DNA from: Botryllus schlosseri
Taxonomy: Eukaryota
Length of the DNA stretch: 64,000 bases
Assembly: GCA_051294905.1 (NCBI GenBank)
Contig: CM119371.1
Coordinates: 9,922,001 to 9,986,000, forward strand
Direction of reading: 5' to 3'
The position numbers and the translations under genes were made by a program. Positions 24,701 to 35,854 of the stretch are shown one piece after another (position 1 is the first letter of the stretch; every line of letters starts with the position of its first letter). The notes beneath the pieces were generated by a model. It searched no databases and had not been told where the DNA came from. It was given only the letters and a program-made list of their open reading frames with translations.

Positions 24701-27700
24701 GACAGCCCATCACAGAAATATTGTCGCGCTTTGTTTCGTGGAAATTGCTGTGAAACTGAATTTTATCCGTGCAATCTAATGCGTTGTGCTATCATTGACA
24801 ATTTGAATATCCAGATTCGCATAAAATGCTTGCATGAATTGGGTGCTGAATACTGAACTAAGTTCATCATTACATGAGTTAATACTTTAGCAACTAGCAT
24901 GCACGGGGTGGCGTGATTGCATTACGTGATCCTTGGTAGCAAATTAGTCTGCCGAATAGTTTATCTCAAATCATGGTGCGTGATCCGAATCATCCGATGA
25001 TCGCATTACGATCTGAATCGAATTGACCCGCCAAAGATGCAGCCTATATACACGATTCTGAATCGCAGCGTTTTTTCGGGGATTTTACGATAGAATAAAT
25101 TGGATCACCGTAATCTATTTCATAATCGTGTGACTAACACGAAGTAATATTTCATCGGCGTGAAGCCGCGAATGTTTGAGTAGATAACGTCCGTAAATCA
25201 TTTTCATTTCAAGTATTTCAGTTGTGAAAAACACATTTAGTCCGATATCGGAAGGGTAATTTGTGCGTGGATCCCGCGAATTACACCAGATATTGTCCAA
25301 TTTCCTCGACAAACAAGACCTTTACGGCCGAAAGCAAAGGATGACGTCGCGCGACATTCCCAAAATGAAAACATTCACAGCGCGTCAATACAGTGTTGCA
25401 AAACGGCGTCACAGCCAATGTTCCCTCTAATTCTTCACGAGTCTGCGCAAATACGCCAACTCACTGCGCAGGCCCTTGGACAACAGTGCGCAACCAGGCC
25501 CCCCCATAGGGTGATAAACCGAACTTCTGGGGGGCTTGGCCCCCCAGACCCCCCTCAGGCTGCACGCTTTTCACCGCTACTAATCATCTATATCTGGTCT
25601 TCGTTTAGTAGCAGTTTCGCCTTAACGCGCGAGGCGCGAAGATTTTCTATAATTCATGATCAAATCGGTCAATTTCATCGGGAATTGCATATATTGCTAT
25701 CAATTTTAATCCTGTCTCTGCTCACGTAATCACAGTTACAGGTAAAGCTGATCTAGTGAGATGTGTTGGAAAAGGTAGGACCCCTAAATATAATTAAACA
25801 TTTTCGGGCGTACCCGTTGGTATAATGACTTCATTGCATCATGCTATTTCGTGACCTCCTATCTGCTATGCCAAAAGATATTGAAATCTGGACATAAGTC
25901 ACTTTGATTCCACTGCGACGATATGGTCACATACTATGGATTACTAGAAGACAGACATACTCGCACGACAACGCACTTGAAATCAATACATGCGATCGAT
26001 GTATACGCCTATCGTGTTAAAACACTGATGTGACGTCATAATACCGGCAATGCACTCATTACTATTAAGACATACAGTCAGATATAATGATACGAATATT
26101 CAAGTCCGATTAAAGCAAGAACAAGATCAGCGTATGACCTTATCGACAGAAGATACGCGTTCAAACGAATCGAATAAAATCACAAATTTGTGCTGCTGAA
26201 AAGCTGATCTAATGCAACGCCCTACAGTGGATATAGTTGCTGCACTTCCCGTTCAACGTTTGCAAAGGGATGGATTTTTTCAACAATATTGGTGCTTCTA
26301 CTTGCATATTCTGCATATTATCCTAGCCTATATCACCATACGTGATCAGATTCTCCTGATGGAAGTGATGACTTCGAAAATTCGCGGCATGTAATTGTAC
26401 AGTGAATCTTAAACAATATTCATGACACGCGGAGAAGACTATTCGTTAGATTCTCGCAGTTAACTTCTAGCTGACCCATTGTTATTTATAATTTTGTTAA
26501 ACCATGTTATTTCGCCATTCCCACAAAGGATTGCGCTATTGATATGGTATCCCCGATACCATAGTAAAAGAAAAATCTCTTTCGTGAGTCGCACACGATT
26601 GCAAATTTTCATTGCTTCGCGGAGCGCAATATTTGCCTTTTCGGGCCGCACTTGTAGGCCTACCTGAGTTTCAGACTTCAGCAATAGCACTATTTACCCC
26701 TGGCAATGTTCCCTCTCATTTCTCTCGAGTCAGAGCGCCTGCGCGGTGCCTTGGACAAGAGTGCGCAACGATTTTTAAAAAAGTCATCACTTCGGATTTT
26801 TTGTGCGCAGCCTAGATTTTCTGTGCGCAGAGACCGTTTCAGCACTGCGCATTTGCGCACGTGCGCAGCTTGGAGGGAACATTGGTCACAGCCCCACAAA
26901 TACGACGCCAAAACTCTGAAAGCAATCACGCGCTTTTGCTACTGCAAGAATCGCATTTAACGCTGAGCTTAACGACTGGTCGAGGTTAACGCTATCGGCC
27001 GGGTCAACCCTGGGCTTGACTTCAGAAAGCGTTCCTGAAGTCAATCGGAAATTACGGGGACTCAACTGATAGACTGTAAAATTGTGTACCAGTTTTTCAA
27101 GTTTAAATATCGGTATTATCTAACATTCTGGTGCTGGCTTCTTTGTCCTTAATTTGGCTGGTTTTAGGCATAAAATATGAACGGACCAACTCTATTTTTT
27201 CAACGGATATTCCAATATCCAAAGCGCGCATATTCGCGTTGGCGCGAACTAAAATGTTCGATTTAATGCAAACACGAACTTTTATGAATGGTTCTTCATA
27301 AACGCGAACGTAAACACGAAGACATGACGTCGCGCGATATCACGATGATAATACAAACACAACCCATTTTTGTTTTCCTGTCTTTGCCCCCGTTTATTTC
27401 GGAAGTTTTAGTCGCTTGGTGTGTGAGAATGGAGCGAATTGCCCCATCTTCATTTTATCTTCTTAACTTCTTGTTCATAAAATTTTAATAGTTGGGTAAG
27501 ATTTAGACACGCAAGGGGCTCTCATATGCACCCAGTTTTGTTGGACTGCGCATGGATCTTATGAGTCCATAGAAACGAATTCGCAACACAGGATGTGCTT
27601 ATCATTTGCGGTTGCGTGGGAAACTTGCGAGTTTATGATTCATAACCCCAATATCAGGATATCACGTGTTGAATTCTCGAGAATCAGCATTGTTGTGGCG

Positions 27701-29150
27701 ATACAAGGGGGCCCCGTTCGTCTTTGTTGCAGTTGAATTTACGCCGTGCAGAGAGTGATGGGAATAATAAATTGAAAGAGTTTTGTTCAAAATATGTTAT
27801 GAGTAGGGCGTTTTTTTGACATGTCAAAATTTGTCAAGATTTTGTCAAAATTGTAGCGTTACGTCAAAATTTTTCAAAAAGTCAACATATTTTTTGACGT
27901 CTGCATTTCGTTTGTATCGTGGATTTTGCACTGTCGGTGAGCTTATCATTTGATATTTTACAGCTTGTAGCCTATTTTATAGGCCTACCGTTGTAAACGG
28001 CTAATTGTCTGCTCATTATGAATCATAAACGGTCAAATAAAACAAATAGGTAGACATGGTGTTATGGTAAACCTACCGCAATATCCTAACTGAAAAAAGA
28101 CTTCTTGGGCATTGCATCATTCTTATATTAAGAAGCGCACGATGACAAATTGCGATGTAGACAACATCGTCAGAACGAAGTAACACGGTGTGTCTCCAGC
28201 ACCAGCATTGTACGCACAACTTGGGTGTTGTCAGCCAACAACTGCTGCTGTTGAACGTTCTTGGCAAGCTTCTTAGTAAGGACATGCACTTTCTACCGAA
28301 GAATGTTGGAAAGTATATCTCGTTGTACTACAATTTTCGACCATAATACATATTGTAACCAGTGGAATTCTTCATAGGGCCAGAGTTCGTTAAAATATTG
28401 TTTGTTTATTTTTTCATGTAAAAAGTTGCCCGTTTCTAAGCCAAAAACGTTTTTTCAGGCCAAACTACTTCGTTAGGACAGTCAGTTACAACCAGAAATA
28501 AAGATATGTGGTACAATTTTGACATTATGTGGGAAAACACCTAATTTGCATACGTTACGTCACAATTTGGTAAAAATTCAGTTTGTATAGGTAAAAAAAG
28601 TCAAAATTTTGATTGTTTAGGTCAATATTTTCTTTTTTTAGGTAAAAAAAAACGAAATCTGGTGTTTAAAAATCGTTACCGATTACACATGGTTGAACCG
28701 ACTACGGTTCGAACGTCTAAATTATCACGGTTCGCACGACCGGACACGAACGCAAACATTAAGTTCATCCCAACCATCTCGAACACGTAACATATGCAGC
28801 TCATACAGGCACAGTATACCAACGCCGAAAAAGGTGATAATACCTGCCAAAGGCTCGCGTAAATTAGTAACAAAAATATTGCAAACACTCCCAATTCCTT
28901 CCTAAATTCCAGCATCCAGTCGCAATACTGTTGATAACGACAATTGTGCACCTCGGGCGCATGCAAAAATGTCGGCATATCGCCATTTAGCATAACATCA
29001 AGGCGGCTATTAGCAAAGTATGCGCTACCTCTGTGACCGACAGGATCCGCATCCGATTTGGATACCGCACGATTCGTCATCTTCCCGGTTCAGATTGTCG
29101 TCGCTAGCTTCGCTTGCAGACACGGACGGACGCACTTTCTCAATCCCCAT
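562..29150 (-). CDS. SLCO4-like: SLCO/OATP4-like organic anion transporting polypeptide, spliced gene; join(29029-29150,12075-12206,7546-7818,7120-7235,6114-6204,4107-4319,1625-1797,1394-1555,562-713); 3' exons lie beyond the left edge
   Basis: Nine GT-AG bounded exons splice in frame to 1434 nt (478 aa) without stops. The product has OATP hallmarks: STIEKRF, GHKPQWIGWG, YLDANV..PLY.G, GPGIGF, WIGNWWLGFL, FGPKFVE and a Kazal-like Cys cluster. Confidence 0.93.
1394..1555 (-). CDS. SLCO4-like: SLCO4-like exon 8 (GIGAIVAAFASHLVGGYLVTRLK...FVFLMRCETP)
   Basis: Follows a 69-bp intron (1556-1624); cacag acceptor, G|gtagg donor; TM8-TM9. Confidence 0.93.
1625..1797 (-). CDS. SLCO4-like: SLCO4-like exon 7 (FKDIPRCLKAVLKNPT...FGPKFVESIF...AGLYF)
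   Basis: gacag acceptor, G|gtatg donor, TM7 and PK.E motif. Confidence 0.95.
2065..2642. mobile_element. hAT MITE with TAGGGC termini and GCAACTTTT subterminal repeats
   Basis: TIR TAGGGCCAGTTTTTG / CAAAAAGTTGCCCTA; TSD GTCATTAC/GTTATTAC. Confidence 0.85.
3360..3673 (-). mobile_element. tRNA-derived SINE (GCA-anticodon-like head), family S1
   Basis: B-box GGTTCGAGTCC; core GTGTTGGAG.TTTATC...CCTCGCCATC shared with 35855-36106 and 61330-61950; 3' boundary approximate. Confidence 0.7.
4107..4319 (-). CDS. SLCO4-like: SLCO4-like exon 6 (IDIDESSAFWIGNWWLGFL...FPKQLP...NFGK)
   Basis: aacag acceptor, AG|gtgcg donor, variant of the OATP superfamily signature. Confidence 0.95.
4551..4996 (+). mobile_element. 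hAT MITE family T (TAGGGTTGCATTTAAAACAAA)
   Basis: TIRs at both ends; TSD AGTACCAC/TGTACCAC. Confidence 0.9.
5601..6012 (+). mobile_element. hAT MITE family T
   Basis: TIRs; perfect TSD GTTGCATA. Confidence 0.9.
6114..6204 (-). CDS. SLCO4-like: SLCO4-like exon 5 (GIYFAFSVAGPGIGFIAGGAFIRLYTNLGE)
   Basis: ttttcgcag acceptor, GA|gtaag donor, OATP TM5 GP..GF..GG. Confidence 0.95.
6517..6555 (-). ncRNA. Minimal type-I hammerhead ribozyme motif, mirror copy
   Basis: Exact reverse complement of 6693-6731. Confidence 0.7.
6693..6731 (+). ncRNA. Minimal type-I hammerhead ribozyme motif (U3-A8 variant)
   Basis: TAACTC-TTGAAAA-GAGGCACCC-GAAA-AGTCT-TC-GAGTTA: 6-bp stem I, near-palindromic stem III, predicted cleavage after 6725. 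Confidence 0.7.
7120..7235 (-). CDS. SLCO4-like: SLCO4-like exon 4 (AFFIVGHILHGIGACGLFTLVITYLDANVKKNETPLYH)
   Basis: cacag acceptor, G|gtaag donor, OATP TM4 and YLD.NV motif. Confidence 0.95.
7546..7818 (-). CDS. SLCO4-like: SLCO4-like exon 3 (FHLQSSETGFIAGCYDLG...GHKPQWIGWG...SLPHF...YLKVY)
   Basis: ttatag acceptor, CG|gtgag donor, OATP TM2-TM3. Confidence 0.95.
8249..8455 (-). mobile_element. 5'-truncated LINE 3' end (I/Nimb-like) with (CAA)n tail
   Basis: Perfect 12-bp TSD GGTGACAATCGT; ORF remnant ending ...LIEYALLTGREL*; 3' motif GGTGCAAAAGACC; CAA microsatellite tail. Confidence 0.75.
8895..9697 (+). mobile_element. hAT (Buster-type) MITE family D
   Basis: TIR CAGGGGCGGTCAACC / GGTTGGCCACCCCTG; degenerate TSD TCCTAAAA/GCCGAAAA; body homologous to 19153-19810 and 39165-39989. 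Confidence 0.85.
9966..10116. repeat. Imperfect tandem duplication of a ~75-bp unit
   Basis: GCGGAGATAATAAAGTTA...GAGAATGCTAATC...ACCGCTAATCG occurs twice. Confidence 0.8.
12075..12206 (-). CDS. SLCO4-like: SLCO4-like exon 2 (IRFPFLDCLNNAKCFLCLLSLAVLFQGMIVNGLINIIISTIEKR)
   Basis: ttttcag acceptor, AG|gtataa donor, OATP TM1 and STIEKR motif. Confidence 0.93.
14127..14649 (-). mobile_element. hAT MITE family E containing a fragment of a TAGGGTTACCA-ended element (~14340-14459)
   Basis: TIR CAGGGACGGGCAAC / GTTGCCCGCCCCTG; TGTTAG flanks both ends; inverse homolog at 29434-30003. Confidence 0.8.
14897..15092. repeat. Tandem duplication of a ~97-bp unit
   Basis: 14897-14992 and 14996-15092 are nearly identical. 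Confidence 0.9.
16836..17157 (-). mobile_element. tRNA-derived SINE family S2, full length
   Basis: A-box TGGCGCAGTTGG, B-box GGTTCGAGCC, AATAAA plus (ACAA)n tail, TSD-like ACTAC(A/G)TGTA(A/G)GT. Confidence 0.85.
18148..18636. mobile_element. hAT MITE with GACTCGAGTC subterminal repeats
   Basis: TIR CAGGGCTGTAA / TTACAACCATG; perfect TSD ATGAACAT. Confidence 0.9.
18987..21294. mobile_element. hAT non-autonomous element with (GCTCCG)n subterminal repeats
   Basis: TIR CAGGGCTTTGGAGC / GCTCCAAAGCCATG; perfect TSD CTCACAAG. Confidence 0.9.
19153..19810 (+). mobile_element. hAT MITE family D nested in 18987-21294
   Basis: TIR CGGGGGTGGGCAACC / GGTTGGCCACCCCGG; perfect TSD GTCTATAT. Confidence 0.9.
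24088..24653 (+). mobile_element. hAT MITE family T
   Basis: TIRs; perfect TSD GTTACAGC. Confidence 0.9.
25416..26884 (+). mobile_element. hAT non-autonomous element (CAATGTTCCCTCTAA) with an internal second left end at 26704
   Basis: TIR CAATGTTCCCTCTAA / TTGGAGGGAACATTG; perfect TSD GTCACAGC. Confidence 0.88.
29029..29150 (-). CDS. SLCO4-like: SLCO4-like coding exon 1 (MGIEKVRPSVSASEASDDNLNREDDESCGIQIGCGSCRSQ)
   Basis: ATG at 29150 with an upstream in-frame TAG. The acidic N-terminus and CG motif precede TM1 as in OATPs. The phase-2 donor AG|gtagcg matches the phase of the 12206 acceptor. Confidence 0.72.
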
Positions 29151-29433
29151 CAGTATGGCTGCTTGCAAGCGTATACTCTATCCAGATTAAGCCAAGTGTT
29201 CAAACTTCAATCTGCCCAGAAAGACGCTCCTTGTGAAAGAAATGGAATTGATCGACCGCGTCGAAAGTGCGGATTGCGACGCAATTGAATAACTACCAGG
29301 TGAATCCATAATGATGATAATACTGCTGCTTGGAAAAGGCGTTACGCTAACTGAATACTAGGGCTTAGTAAAATCGAGTGCCCAAGTAGAAGACACCGAG
29401 TCGAGTCGAGTATTAAAATATCACTTTCTATGA

Positions 29434-30003
29434 CAGGGGCGGGCAACATACGGCACAAGACGGGATTTTGAGCGGCCCGCAGAGTTTCTGCACTTAACGT
29501 GAAATTCTAATCTGGAAGTATTGACAAATTTTATGCATCACAAAATTATCAGAATGAATCCAAGTTTGCCAACCTGAAAAAGATGGTCATGAAACTACTA
29601 GTTCTATTCGGGTCTACATACAAGCAAGCATTTTCGACCATAAACATTACGAAGACAAGGACGCGTTCCAATATAAATATAACTGGTGTTCACGTTCAGT
29701 CTTTACTAAAGGTTCCTACACTCAATAGGGAGCAAGAGTCCAAAGAAGTTATTGTTGAAAACTATATGATAGACCAAAAATGTATGATTGACTTCAACAG
29801 CTATTGAAGTACATTCGGTTATTATATTCATTAAATACTGTTCTTGGATCTCTATGCTTTAAGCTTAAAGTTTACATTAAATACGATTTATTCCTTGTAG
29901 AGGTAGATAAATACGCCCTTAATGTATCGATTCTGTAATCCAGCCCGCCAAGTACTTCATTTTGCCATGCCAGGCCCGCCGACCGGAGAGGTTGCCCGCC
30001 CTG
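29434..30003 (+). mobile_element. hAT MITE family E, probably inside an older TAGGG-ended element (~29359-30164)
   Basis: TIR CAGGGGCGGGCAAC / GTTGCCCGCCCTG; no clean TSD. Confidence 0.7.
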
Positions 30004-30869
30004 CTCGTCGCGATGGTGTGAAATGTACAGCTTTTGACTGTAAAGTCCGTTCTTACTATATATGACGTCATGTTAATGGTACTCGCCTACTTGGATGTTC
30101 GTGTCGACGCTCAATACTAGATGCAGAATCGAATCAGTCAGATACGCGATATTGCACAACCCTACTGATCGCAATTGTAATTGATATCTTGATGAACACA
30201 GCTAGAAAATGGTCACCTTTTTATCTGTCATATCGAGCATTTTTAAAGCTTCGGCTCAAGCCATGGTACGACTTCTCTTCGCATCACATGGGAATGGTGC
30301 GATTAAAGGTTTGCTTCCTGGTACAGAACACGGACGTATGTAACTATGTATAGTATATAATTTATAATATCAAATAGCTTCTAAATAAATCGGGGCCATA
30401 TTCTCCGATTTATGAGGATGCCGTTATGGTAGCACGTTGCGGCAAACTATTGATAAAATCCCTTACGGATTGAAATGCCCTTCGGCGGCTGTTCTTGACA
30501 TTTAGCCAATCGCTTTACAATCATAGTTCCGCTACAATTAACACAATACCTTCGGAAACAATAGTCTTGAGTTCTAATACTCAATTCTAATACTTGATAA
30601 TAACACTGCTAATTGTATAAACATAGCAACTTATCACAACACTGTCCGCGCCAAATTTTATATTTTGCTAACACGGCACGCCGCGAATAAATTGATCCTC
30701 ACCGCTCACGTGAACAGTGAACACGACACATGTAAATGCATGCTTTTTTACTAGCGTCGTCACTCGATACATCAATGAGATAGCCTTTTTTGAATGGATT
30801 CTCTCATTCTAATAGGATCTTGAATTCGCATAAAACTACGACCAGAATAACAGTCAGGTGTTACTTTAA

Positions 30870-32076
30870 AGGCCTCTGCACACTGAGCTCGCGACCCGAT
30901 AAAACGAGAGAATCGCGCCTGTCTGCGACTGGACCATGCAGACCGGAGTCGCCGGCAACTCGCAACATGCCGTCTGCGACAGGGTTGCGCAACTCCACGA
31001 CAAAGTTAAAAATTTTCAACTTTGTCGCGAGTTGCGAGCGACTGGTCAGCAGTTACTGATCGTTAGCTCTATGTCACCGCAATAGTTTGTCCGGGTATTG
31101 CGTGTTTTGGCATCTATAATTGTTTCCTCATTGAATTTAGACTGATTTGAGGCCATTTTAAAACTTGAAGCTTAACTGCAAGACCGCATTCTACTGTAAG
31201 CAGTACCGGTACTTGGTAATTAGTTACCAAAGGCCAACCAGCTCCGGCAGTACCGATACCGCGAAACTCTCAGTCATTGTATGTCTACAGGTGGATTTAT
31301 TATATATATACCTTGTCTGGTTCATTTTAACCTGTACAGTGTACATTGGCTGGAAACTGGGTTAAGCAAGTACATATAATCGTGGTATGTCATGGGTTCA
31401 CTGATGTATATTTCAGATACCGGTACATCTCAGTACACGACGTCTGAAAATCTTTTTGTTGACTAGGTAGCAGCAGTGTAACTCTTGATGTTAGATTTCG
31501 TCTATTCTCCTCTTTATCAGACTTCGGTACGAATTGTAGTGGCTAATATTGTAAGTCAGAAATGGACAATGCATCATTATGGAGAATGAATCAACCAGGC
31601 CTACGGATCAGTTTCCATGCTTGATACTTGAGGGCGAATCGAAGATTGAAAAGGAAAGAATCCCAGAGTTATATTTGAATATTGTTAAGACTTAATTCAT
31701 TTACAATAAAATTATAATGCATTTGAATGTTGTTCTCTATCATATCGAGAAATTAATGTATGAGTGCTTGACAGTTGATGCAGTCACTGAGGCAGTGGAA
31801 TACAGAAAGGCTTGGTGTCTGTAGCATAATAGGCTACCGCTAGAACTCCAGAAATTTGGATCGGCAACCGGAAATAGCGCGTTTAACTGGGTCCCCCAGA
31901 TTATGCGTTATGTGCAATGTGTATCCATTGCGAGACTTCGGACAGAACGCGCAAGAGCTGTAGTTGCCGCTTGTGGGCACTGCCGGGACCAGTGTGCATT
32001 GCTTCGCGACTTACGACTCGCAACTCGCAACGCGCAACTCGCGATGTTGCGTCGCGAGGTCAGTGTGCAGAGGCCT
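30870..32076 (+). mobile_element. PIF/Harbinger-type non-autonomous element, copy 1
   Basis: Perfect 17-bp TIR AGGCCTCTGCACACTGA; TAA on both sides. Confidence 0.85.
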
Positions 32077-32079
32077 TAA

Positions 32080-33366
32080 AGCCCGCTGCACACTGAGCTC
32101 GCGACCCGATAAAACGAGAGAATCGCGCCTGTCTACGACAGGACCATGCAGAACGGAGTCGCCGGCAACTCGCAACATGCCGTCTGCGACAGGGTTGCGC
32201 AACTCCGCGACAAAGTTGAGCGACTGGTCAGCAGTTACTGATCGTTAGCTCTATGTCACCGCAATAGTTTGTACGGGTATTACGTGTTTTGGCATCTATA
32301 ATTGTTTCCTCATTGAATTTAGACTGATTTGAGGCCATTTTGAAACTTGAAGCTTAACTGCAAGAACGCATCCTACTGTAAGCAGTATCGGTACTTGGTA
32401 ATTACCAAAGGCAAACCATTATCGGCAGCACCTATACCGCGAAACTCTTAGTCATTGTATGTCACCAAGTGGATTAATTAGATATATACCTTGTCTGATG
32501 CATTTTAACCTGTACAGTGTACATTGGTTGGAAACTGGGTTTAGCAGGTACATATAATCGTGGTATGTCATGGGTTCACTGATGTATATTTCAGATACCG
32601 GTACATCTCGGTACACGACGTCTGAAAATCTTTTTGTTGACTAGGTAGCAGCAGTGTAATTCTTGATGTTAGATTTCGTCCATTCTCTTTATCAGACTTC
32701 GGTACGAAATGTAGTGGCTATTATTATAAAAGTCATATATAGACTATGCATCATGATGGAGAATGAATCAACCAGACCCACGGATCAATTTCAATGCTTG
32801 ATACCTGATGGCGAATCGAAGATTAAAAAGGAAATAATCCCATAGTCATATTTGAATATTGTGAAGACTTAATTCATTTACAATAAAATTATAATGCATT
32901 TGAATGTTGTTCTCTATCATATCGAGAAATTAATGTATGAGTGCTTGACAGTTGATGCAGTCACTGAGGCAATGGAATACAGTACGGCTTGGTGTGTGTA
33001 GCATAGTAGGCTACAGCTAGAACTCTAGAATTTGGATCGGCTACCGGAAATAGCGCATTTAACTTGGTCACCAAGATTATGCGTTTTAGTATTGAAATAT
33101 GATATTGGTTCGTTAATGGAAAAGTGTGTGCATACAAGACGTCATCTTATCCAATGACAAACCCATGTATACCCATCGAAATATTCATTTTGCGATCTAT
33201 CAGGAGCTGTGCAATGTGTATCCATTTCGAGACTTCGGACAGAACGCGCTAGAGCTGTAGTTGCCGCTTGTGGGCACCGCTGGGACCAGTGTGCATTGCT
33301 TCACGAATAACGACTCGCAACGCGCAACTCGCGATTTTGCGTCGCGAGGTCAGTGTGCAGCGGTCT
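32080..33366 (+). mobile_element. PIF/Harbinger-type non-autonomous element, copy 2 (head-to-tail with copy 1)
   Basis: TIR AGCCCGCTGCACACTGA / TCAGTGTGCAGCGGTCT; TAA on both sides; body homologous to copy 1. Confidence 0.85.
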
Positions 33367-34050
33367 TAATTTGATGGTTCAATAGGTAAAGCTAGTGTGC
33401 TTGCGTCGGCATTGCCTGTTGATAGAATACACATACCAAACTGCGTGAAAGTGATGGGTCATATTGGACGATTTTCGTTCTGCGTGTGAAGTCATGTACA
33501 GCGATTACCGGCGTATTTGTGTCCTACATTATGTAAAAACGACTCTTAGTCAGCATGTCAGTTGCCAACACCAATAAACAGACATCGCGAAATTGCAAGG
33601 CCTATATTTCCTATTCTATTTACAGGTACTTCTAAATGAAATAGATGTCAACATCCTGATTCCTGGTCCTGGTTAGAGGCTGCTGCTATCTTACTAAGAG
33701 CAACTAACTCGTACGTCAGAACTACCTCAAGAGAAGTCATTTAATCATTAGCCACTGACATCATAATGAGTGATTGTTCTTTCAAACATCTAAGTTAATA
33801 ACGTCAATTAAAAATTACGGGAATGCGATTTCGTCACTGAACCTAATTTGGAGCGTTTGCCGCATAAATCGTGTTTCAACGTGATCGCCACCATCGTGAT
33901 TAGCAACCGAAATAAATCTGTCCATTTCATATCCGTTCTGTGCAATGAAAATATGTAAGTGATATACAATTTCGATATCTCGTATGTCAGCATACTACTG
34001 TTCGTAGATGAAAGGATACCGAACAGTCGTCTGTTATAATCTATCATAGA

Positions 34051-35295
34051 CAGGCCTGTTTATTTTTGGATTTCTCCAAAAATAACAAAAAAAGCTTATT
34101 TTTGGATGTTTTCAAATTTTATGTTTGGAGAATCTCCAAAAATAAGAATTGAAGGTGTTTTGAGCCCTATTACTACTGAAAAAATCCACCAAGAGTATGT
34201 TATTATCATGTATTCAAGTCCTCCAACACATAGATATCATCAGTGATCTTGATATAACTTTCCAATACATTCTTCACAAATTTAGTGTTTGGCCTGGAGG
34301 ATGCCTTCTAAAGAATATTAATCACTGCGAGACGCCCCCCCCCCTTGATTTTCGAGATTTCGGCCTCGAACGTCGCAATTGTGGGAAACATCGAGGTTAG
34401 GGGTCCAATAATGGAGGGCGTCCAACTCTTCAAACTTTCCAATCTTCCAAGCCTTTGCTCCTGAAAAGCGCTCGTCAGTAATGCGCTTGAAACCTCATCC
34501 CATGCGTGCCTCATTGAACTTGACAGCCCAACACCCCAACACCCTCTGACCTTCCTTGTGGCGGTCCTCGTACAAGTCCTCACCTGGACACAGGCGTTCG
34601 ATCAGGCGCACGAGCTCCTGCGGCTCCATGATCAGAACGTCAAGACCATGAAGCTTTGTGACGACGGTGCTCAGCTATGTGCGAGCGTGACCATGCGATC
34701 GAGAACGATCAGATGGACCACAGCAGCGAAGTTGCACACGCCGGACCGTTTTCGTCCATAACATCAAGGAGTTTGGTACGGTTTCCAGTCAACCAAGAGG
34801 CCACCCTCTTCATTGACAATAAACGAGCGTCAACAAACTTGGGGCGCACGCTTTCCATCTACTCTGGATAATGTTGTGTTGCCGTCTGAAGGATCAGCAG
34901 ATGAGTCCCGTCATCGTGTGGACGAAGTGATTGTGACAGAGGTGGATGTATATGATTTCGCCGTTCCCTTTGCCTCACTCAAGCTGCCTTCCCGTCTTCT
35001 CTACATGTCGCACTGTGAAACTTATAGGAGTACAAAGGCGGAAGGGCGGGCAGGCAGGCAAGGTCAGCAGAAACGTGAAGTGGATTGAGTGGAAGTAGTT
35101 TTAGCGTTTCGGTGACCCCTTCCCTCACATAGATGCTGTTTCGTGTGTTTTTATGAGTTTTCTGGTCGTTTACAGCGCTCTGACTGTTTATTTCACTGAA
35201 AAACATCATCAAAAAAATCTTATTTTTGGATGTTTTCAAATCTCATTTGGAGAATCTCCAAAAATAAAATCCAATATCCAAAATAAACAGGCCTG
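34051..35295 (-). mobile_element. hAT-like internal-deletion element carrying a decayed transposase fragment
   Basis: 21-bp perfect TIR CAGGCCTGTTTATTTTTGGAT; TSD ATCATAGA/ATCAGAGA; GC-rich coding-like interior. Confidence 0.85.
34500..34975 (-). pseudogene. Decayed hAT-like transposase fragment
   Basis: Frameshifted peptides HFVHTMTGLI, RRQHNIIQ, MESVRPKFVDARLLSMKRVASWLTGNR, KLHGLDVLIMEPQELVRLIERL correspond to the (T)RW.S and LQ motifs of hAT insertion domains. Confidence 0.6.
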
Positions 35296-35854
35296 ATCAG
35301 AGATGAATATCTCTAAGAATACCACATATGAGAGGGCCAACCGTACTAGCTGTATCAGTAATTCGGTTCACCTGTCAGTCTGTCACTATATGGTCACGGA
35401 AGTAAGTAGGCACAGTTTTGGCAGGGTGATTAGCTACATGCTATGATAGTTATGAAAGTATACAGCAACACAGTGTTGATTGAACAAATGAGTACCGGAG
35501 CCTACGATATCGTAGGCCCCGTGAGTACTGTGTAAATTGCTGTGATGATAATCTCCTGTTACGCCTATGTAGTGAAGAGACTAGCCCCATTCGACTTTAT
35601 ACGACATTAGCCGCGGCCATGCATCCATGTCTCCAGATGACAAACGGTCAAAATCGCCATCATCTTCTCTCTATAGCTTAAAATTGAAGTCGTAGTCTGA
35701 AATTTGTGCTCTCTGCGGTCTGCCGTTATAATTCTCAGCGACGTATGCATAATTACATACAAATTCGGCCCATGTAACGAATACAGAAATTACAATAGTA
35801 CAGGAGTCCTAATAAAATTACATTGCGTCATGCTTCGCAGGTGATGTAGAAACA

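Noticed and set aside
27804..28660. TAGGGC-started region with GTCAAAA repeats
   Set aside because: Probably a MITE remnant, but no matching right TIR or TSD could be placed
28676..29080. 134-aa minus ORF as a standalone gene
   Set aside because: It overlaps SLCO exon 1 in a different frame and runs into the intron; no recognisable domain
30867..33369. piggyBac/Kolobok classification because of TTAA at the ends
   Set aside because: TIR symmetry only works with a 3-bp TAA duplication, favouring PIF/Harbinger
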